NCBI GenBank assembly: GCA_010093995.1
Contig: ML992505.1
Coordinates: 1,257,147 to 1,321,146 of the forward strand
DNA length: 64,000 nucleotides
Reading direction: 5' to 3'
DNA from: Elsinoe ampelina
Taxonomy: Eukaryota
A model generated the notes under the pieces. It was not told the origin of the DNA, made no database searches, and saw only the letters and a list, made by a program, of their open reading frames with translations. Position 1 is the stretch's first letter; each line of letters opens with the position of its first letter. Of the stretch, positions 59,428 to 64,000 are shown in pieces. The position numbers and the translations under genes were made by a program.

Positions 59428-62400
59428 GATGAAGTTATGTGTTGACTATATGATTGATTAGTTCGACTGAGCAGTGGTAGAAGTGAGGTGGAAGGTGAGG
59501 TGGGATGCAGCCGAAGTGCTGCCTACTCCTGTACAAGACGGGACTGACTTACTTTCGACTTGTATGAAGGACGAAGGAATTCGAATCAAGGCTGATGGCG
59601 CTTATAGAGATGTCTCAGCGCAAGGGTTATGTCCGTGCGATGTTGAGATGTGAGAGAGAAAGGTCTCGCGGAGCTCCAGGAGCTGATATATATATTGAGC
59701 GAAGTGGCGGTCGCAGAGTCGAGGGCGTTGCGCTGGAGACGGCGGGGATGAGTGCGACGCGTTTGTCGTTTTTGACGGAATATGACGATAGAAATGGCCG
59801 AATATGGTAATCTGAGGGTTCCGCTGCCGCGTCGTCGTTGTCGGCGCCGCTGAAGTCACATGTGATGCCGACATCAAGGGTGACGGTGAGGACGGCGGTC
59901 AGCTCTTTGTTACTTTCATCTGAGAGCGTAGTCCACATCATTATAGCCGCGAGTACATTCAATCGATCCAAAGCTCAGATTCTGCAGCATGAAGGCCAAA
60001 CAGACCCTTGCAAGTCGAGTGGCTGTCGACTCAACTCTACCTCACCCCCTAGCACACGACCCATAAATCAAATATGCCATCTACGATCATCCAAGGGGGT
60101 TAGTCGCCATGGCACAATGGCAATATCAAAGACTGAGTTTCACGGACATTCGGCAGATACCGACGACTTCGTAAACGCTGCAGTACGGTGAATGGAAAGA
60201 ACTTTAAGGGATAGGAGATGGACTCGTTTATCGGAGCGGGATACGAATAGAGGGATCAATACGACAGGAGACAGAAGAAGACACTTTCCTTGCAAGAAGA
60301 GCCGAAGAGGTCAAGGCGAGGGGTGTGGTGACCAGGAACGTGAGGATGGAGTCTGAGCTGGACAGTATGATCTCACTCTGGAAGACGGACAAGTTGCGTT
60401 CCGTGTCTTTCCATGTCGAAGGAATCATGGATATTCCAAATGTGGATATGGAAAGGGAATAAGAGCTCCGAAGTGTCGATTTGGAATCTACGGCCGTAGT
60501 TTGACTTGGTGTTGAGAGATCAACAAATGCAACAGATCGAAAAGTCGGTGACTCTATTTTCGAGACACGCAATCCTGGTGTCAAGAAGATGAAGTCAGAG
60601 ACATCTTTCCACCGTCGGACAAGTCATTGCGCCGCTTGGCGTACTCTAAGAGATGAGTAGTGACAAAGATGGAAGTGTGAAAGTCCAAACGAGATGTCTA
60701 GAGATGAGGTAACCAAGAGCTATCGATACGTGCTATTCTAGAAATGTAACATTAGCAAACAATGGAACAGTCATGGACGTGTCTGATCCGCGCGTCTTTT
60801 TCCTCACGGACACAGCGACTAGCTAGAGCCATGATGCGTAGAGGCTAGCATTCCTTCTCGAGGTTTATTTGGAGGACTAGCAATAAAACAGGTAAGCCTG
60901 CTTATTCCAGCGACTTCAGCTGAGGCGCAAATGACTCGCAGGACGTGTCGGCTGCCAGAGAAAATAGTAGCGCCAACAACTTGACAATTTATCCAGTGTC
61001 ACTTTCTATGGTTCATTCACTTTGGTCGTGAACGAAACTCTGTCGTGGAGATTGGGCACTATGGGAGGGAATGTAACAGCCACATCCGAAGAATCTCTTT
61101 TGTTGCGAACAAGATCTGGCGGTGATGAAAAGAGTTTTGGGCTATTTAAAGAAGGAGCCCTACCATAGATTCGACATGTGGCGTTATTGGTCCCACATGC
61201 CTGCAAAGTCGATGCATGTCAATTTCCCGCCGACCGCTACTCGGGCCATTTCTCTCTCCCAAACTTGTCGAGACCCTGCTAAACAATGCGGTGGACTCGG
61301 TCGAGGCATGCATATTCCTGCTCGTGTCACGACATGCACGCTTCATGCAGGACCGTCCTGTCGATCGTCACACCAGAAGCCACATTGTTCGAGTGACCAG
61401 TCCGACTTCTACCCTTCAGCCGCGGCCCCCAACCCGGATGCTTGTTTGACCCATGGATCGTCGGCTGGTCGTGCTCTTGCTCGCTCTGATCCGACGCTAG
61501 TCACCTCACCCTCCGCAGACGAGGACGACTTCTGACGCTTGACACACAGCGCTGTCCGTCCCTTTCTAACCACGCACCACTTTGATCGCTTCCTCCGCGC
61601 CGCACAGCATTGACTGACATTCCCAAAGCTTGTGTCCCGACCTAGCTCGAGCCGTGTTTTGCCGTCATCTGTCCTTCCCCTCGGTAGCGAGCCAGCAATG
61701 CCAAACCACCACTAAGCAGGTATACGCCTCACATGCTATTTCTTCCGATTGGATCGTGATGCCGGTCCTGCCGCCTATCTCACGCCCTGCATAGACCATG
61801 GACCGTTAGACTGTCGACCATGCCGTCGATTCGCTTCCGGCCCGCTTCTTCATGGCCAGGGAATTGCACCACCCACATGACGCACATTGTAATCCCCTCT
61901 TCATCACGCGAGCCATGCTTCATTCATACACATTACAGGATCCGGTCGATGCTGTCCGTCGCAAGACCGTGGATCATTGCTATTCTCGGCACCCGGACAA
62001 TTGGCAAGTCCATGCGTTAGCCTCTCCCGTCCCCAGCTGGCCTCTCATTTGTATCGACCCTTCTGTCACATTGTCAAGAAGCTTCGGCCGCACAGGGCTC
62101 CGCCTGCACCTCAAAACGTGGTAAGAACGTTGGTCCTGAATCAGACAAGCGAGTTCTCCATTTGGAAGCACACACCAAGTCGACCCGACGTCAGCTTCGC
62201 TCACAGAATACACCACCAGCCCTACTGGATCGTCTTTTTGACAGCGGCACGGCTTCAGCTCGCGCCAAGCTCGCACAAAATAGGACACGCTCATCTAGTC
62301 TACCTACAATCGTCTTGTGCCTAAAACTGGACCTTGAGCCCATTCATGGTCCCTTTTAGAGATGTGTCGAGCCTGATCCACACGCCCAGTCTCTCCATTG

Positions 62401-62836
62401 CTCGCGTACCGAACCTGCCAATCACAGAGGTTCTCCTACACCCATATTAGCCTCCTCCCAGAAAGTGGATTGGTGCGAGGTTGTGCTAATCTGGCCAATC
62501 GTCATTTCAAAAGCTCTCTGTCTGTTCCTGAACAACAACTCTTCAATCCTTCAAATCAGGACCACCATCCAATCCGTCCGGACATTTCTAACATCTTACC
62601 TCGCCCCTGTATTGTGGATCTTCTCTCGACCTACCTGTCAGCCAAGCCTCCACCAGGAACCACTTTTGCCTTGAATTCGGTTTCTTCAACTACCATCTAC
62701 ACCGGTAGCATTGACTGCGCCTTCCGGAGCCACTCCACCGGTAGTGTTTCCCCGCCTATAGACTGCTTGCCGTCTTCACTCCAGTCACCGGTGACTGTGC
62801 CGCAAATCTACTCGACCTCGAACCTCACCATCCCAT

Positions 62837-63915
62837 ATGCTCTCCACGATCCAGCCTGCCATCCTTCGCTCGACAGAATTTCCTGACCTTCACCGAGACC
62901 AGGATTACAGTCACGAGGGACTGTAAGTGTCCCAGCCTGACAGGAATTGCTGACATCCTTGCTGACACTATACGATCCAGGCCATACACCATGTCCAACT
63001 ACCCCCAGCAGTACCGACAGTACTCGCACGGGGATGAGGGGCAGAGGGGCAGTCAGTACTCACAGCAGACCACCTCTTACTCTACTCCGTCGAGTATGGC
63101 TCCTGCCGGACCTTCGTCAAGCTATCCGGTCTCGACTTCAGCTCCGTACTCATCTATGCCATTCTACAATTCGCAACAGCAGAGCATGAACTACAGCATG
63201 CCCCAGCCTTACATGTCCGCATCTCAATCTTACTCAGGCTATTCAGCTCCCATGGGTCCACCGTCATCGAATTATGCGTACTATGATCACCAAGTTCCGA
63301 GCTATTCCGCGGTGCCTGGTTCATCGCAAGTTCCCTTCCCAGACTATGATCATTCTATGCGACAGGTTCTTCCTCCAACATCATCTCCACAGTTCTTAGC
63401 TCCTTCGGAAGCTTCAAGCGCAGACCGACGAATCTCAAGATCAACGTCATTAGCTTCAAATGCGAGCGGTGCGATGCGGTACCCAGGGCAAGAGGACTAC
63501 TCACGGTCAACGTCTCCCAGTGCTCAAGAAATGGCCAACTGGGGATATCGTAATGATCAGGGGACTTGGAGCTGTGCATTCCCAGGATGCACGTCAAAGT
63601 CAACTTTCCAGCGGGGATGCGATCTTCGCAAGCACTACAGACGTCACACAAAGACGCTCTTCTGCAGACAAGCTGGATGCCCGCAGGCTACTGAAGGTGG
63701 TTTTTCAAGTAAGAAGGACAGAGCACGGCATGAAGCAAAGCACAATCCACAAATCCACTGCGAGTGGCCTGGGTGTGATAGATTGTTCAGCAGAGTGGAC
63801 AACATGGTACGTGACGATTTTGCAGCTTTCCTCGTATCCATTTGCTAACGATTGTTCACAGAAAGATCACGTCCGAAGAATACACAAAAAGGACCAGGCA
63901 AAAGCACAATCATGA
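62837..63915 (+). CDS. C2H2 zinc-finger transcription factor
   Basis: Three fingers (CAFPGC..DLRKHYRRH, CRQAGC..DRARHEAKH, CEWPGC..DNM/KDHVRRIH across an intron near 63807-63861). ATG 62837 splices in frame via intron 62923-62980 to ATG 62991. Confidence 0.85.
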
Positions 63916-64000
63916 CCAACAGTTACGACACGCGACGACTCTTGTCATGTTACAACCCGGATGAAGCTTGAATGCCATCTGTGACGATTCTTCTTTATAG

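Noticed and set aside
60109..60462. Short open frames in the large intergenic region as a spliced gene
   Set aside because: Could not build a consistent GT-AG model or recognise any domain.
1..64000. tRNA, rRNA, CRISPR array, telomeric repeats, secondary-metabolite backbone genes
   Set aside because: None recognised by eye; small ncRNAs could be missed without covariance-model searches.

Overview
Gene-dense, intron-containing fungal chromosome segment (filamentous ascomycete; a Dothideomycete is plausible but this is inference). About 26 protein-coding genes can be modelled with GT-AG introns. Most are housekeeping: OST2/DAD1, ARO8-like, SDR, NTR2-like, SmG, APH kinase, UCH, CLIP-170/BIK1, F-box/JmjC, eIF4A, FAH-hydrolase, VPS53, class IV chitin synthase plus its head-to-head Sel1 activator, DUF4336, ILV5, GUP1, GH16, VTS1 and a C2H2 factor. 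Two accessory-looking blocks interrupt this backbone. (1) At 18.9-27.3 kb, a RIP-destroyed Tc1/mariner lies next to a divergent pair: a STAND/NACHT-like protein with no Walker A and an intact large AAA+ ATPase. (2) At 40.0-47.2 kb, a HeLo-like-NACHT-ankyrin NLR with homogenised repeats lies tail-to-tail with an intact, non-mobile rvt-type cellular reverse transcriptase (HDD active site). The window also shows recurrent ~1-2 kb C/A-rich to G/T-rich strand-skew flips that run through codons, introns and UTRs. All assignments come from motif recognition and manual splicing; no database search was run.
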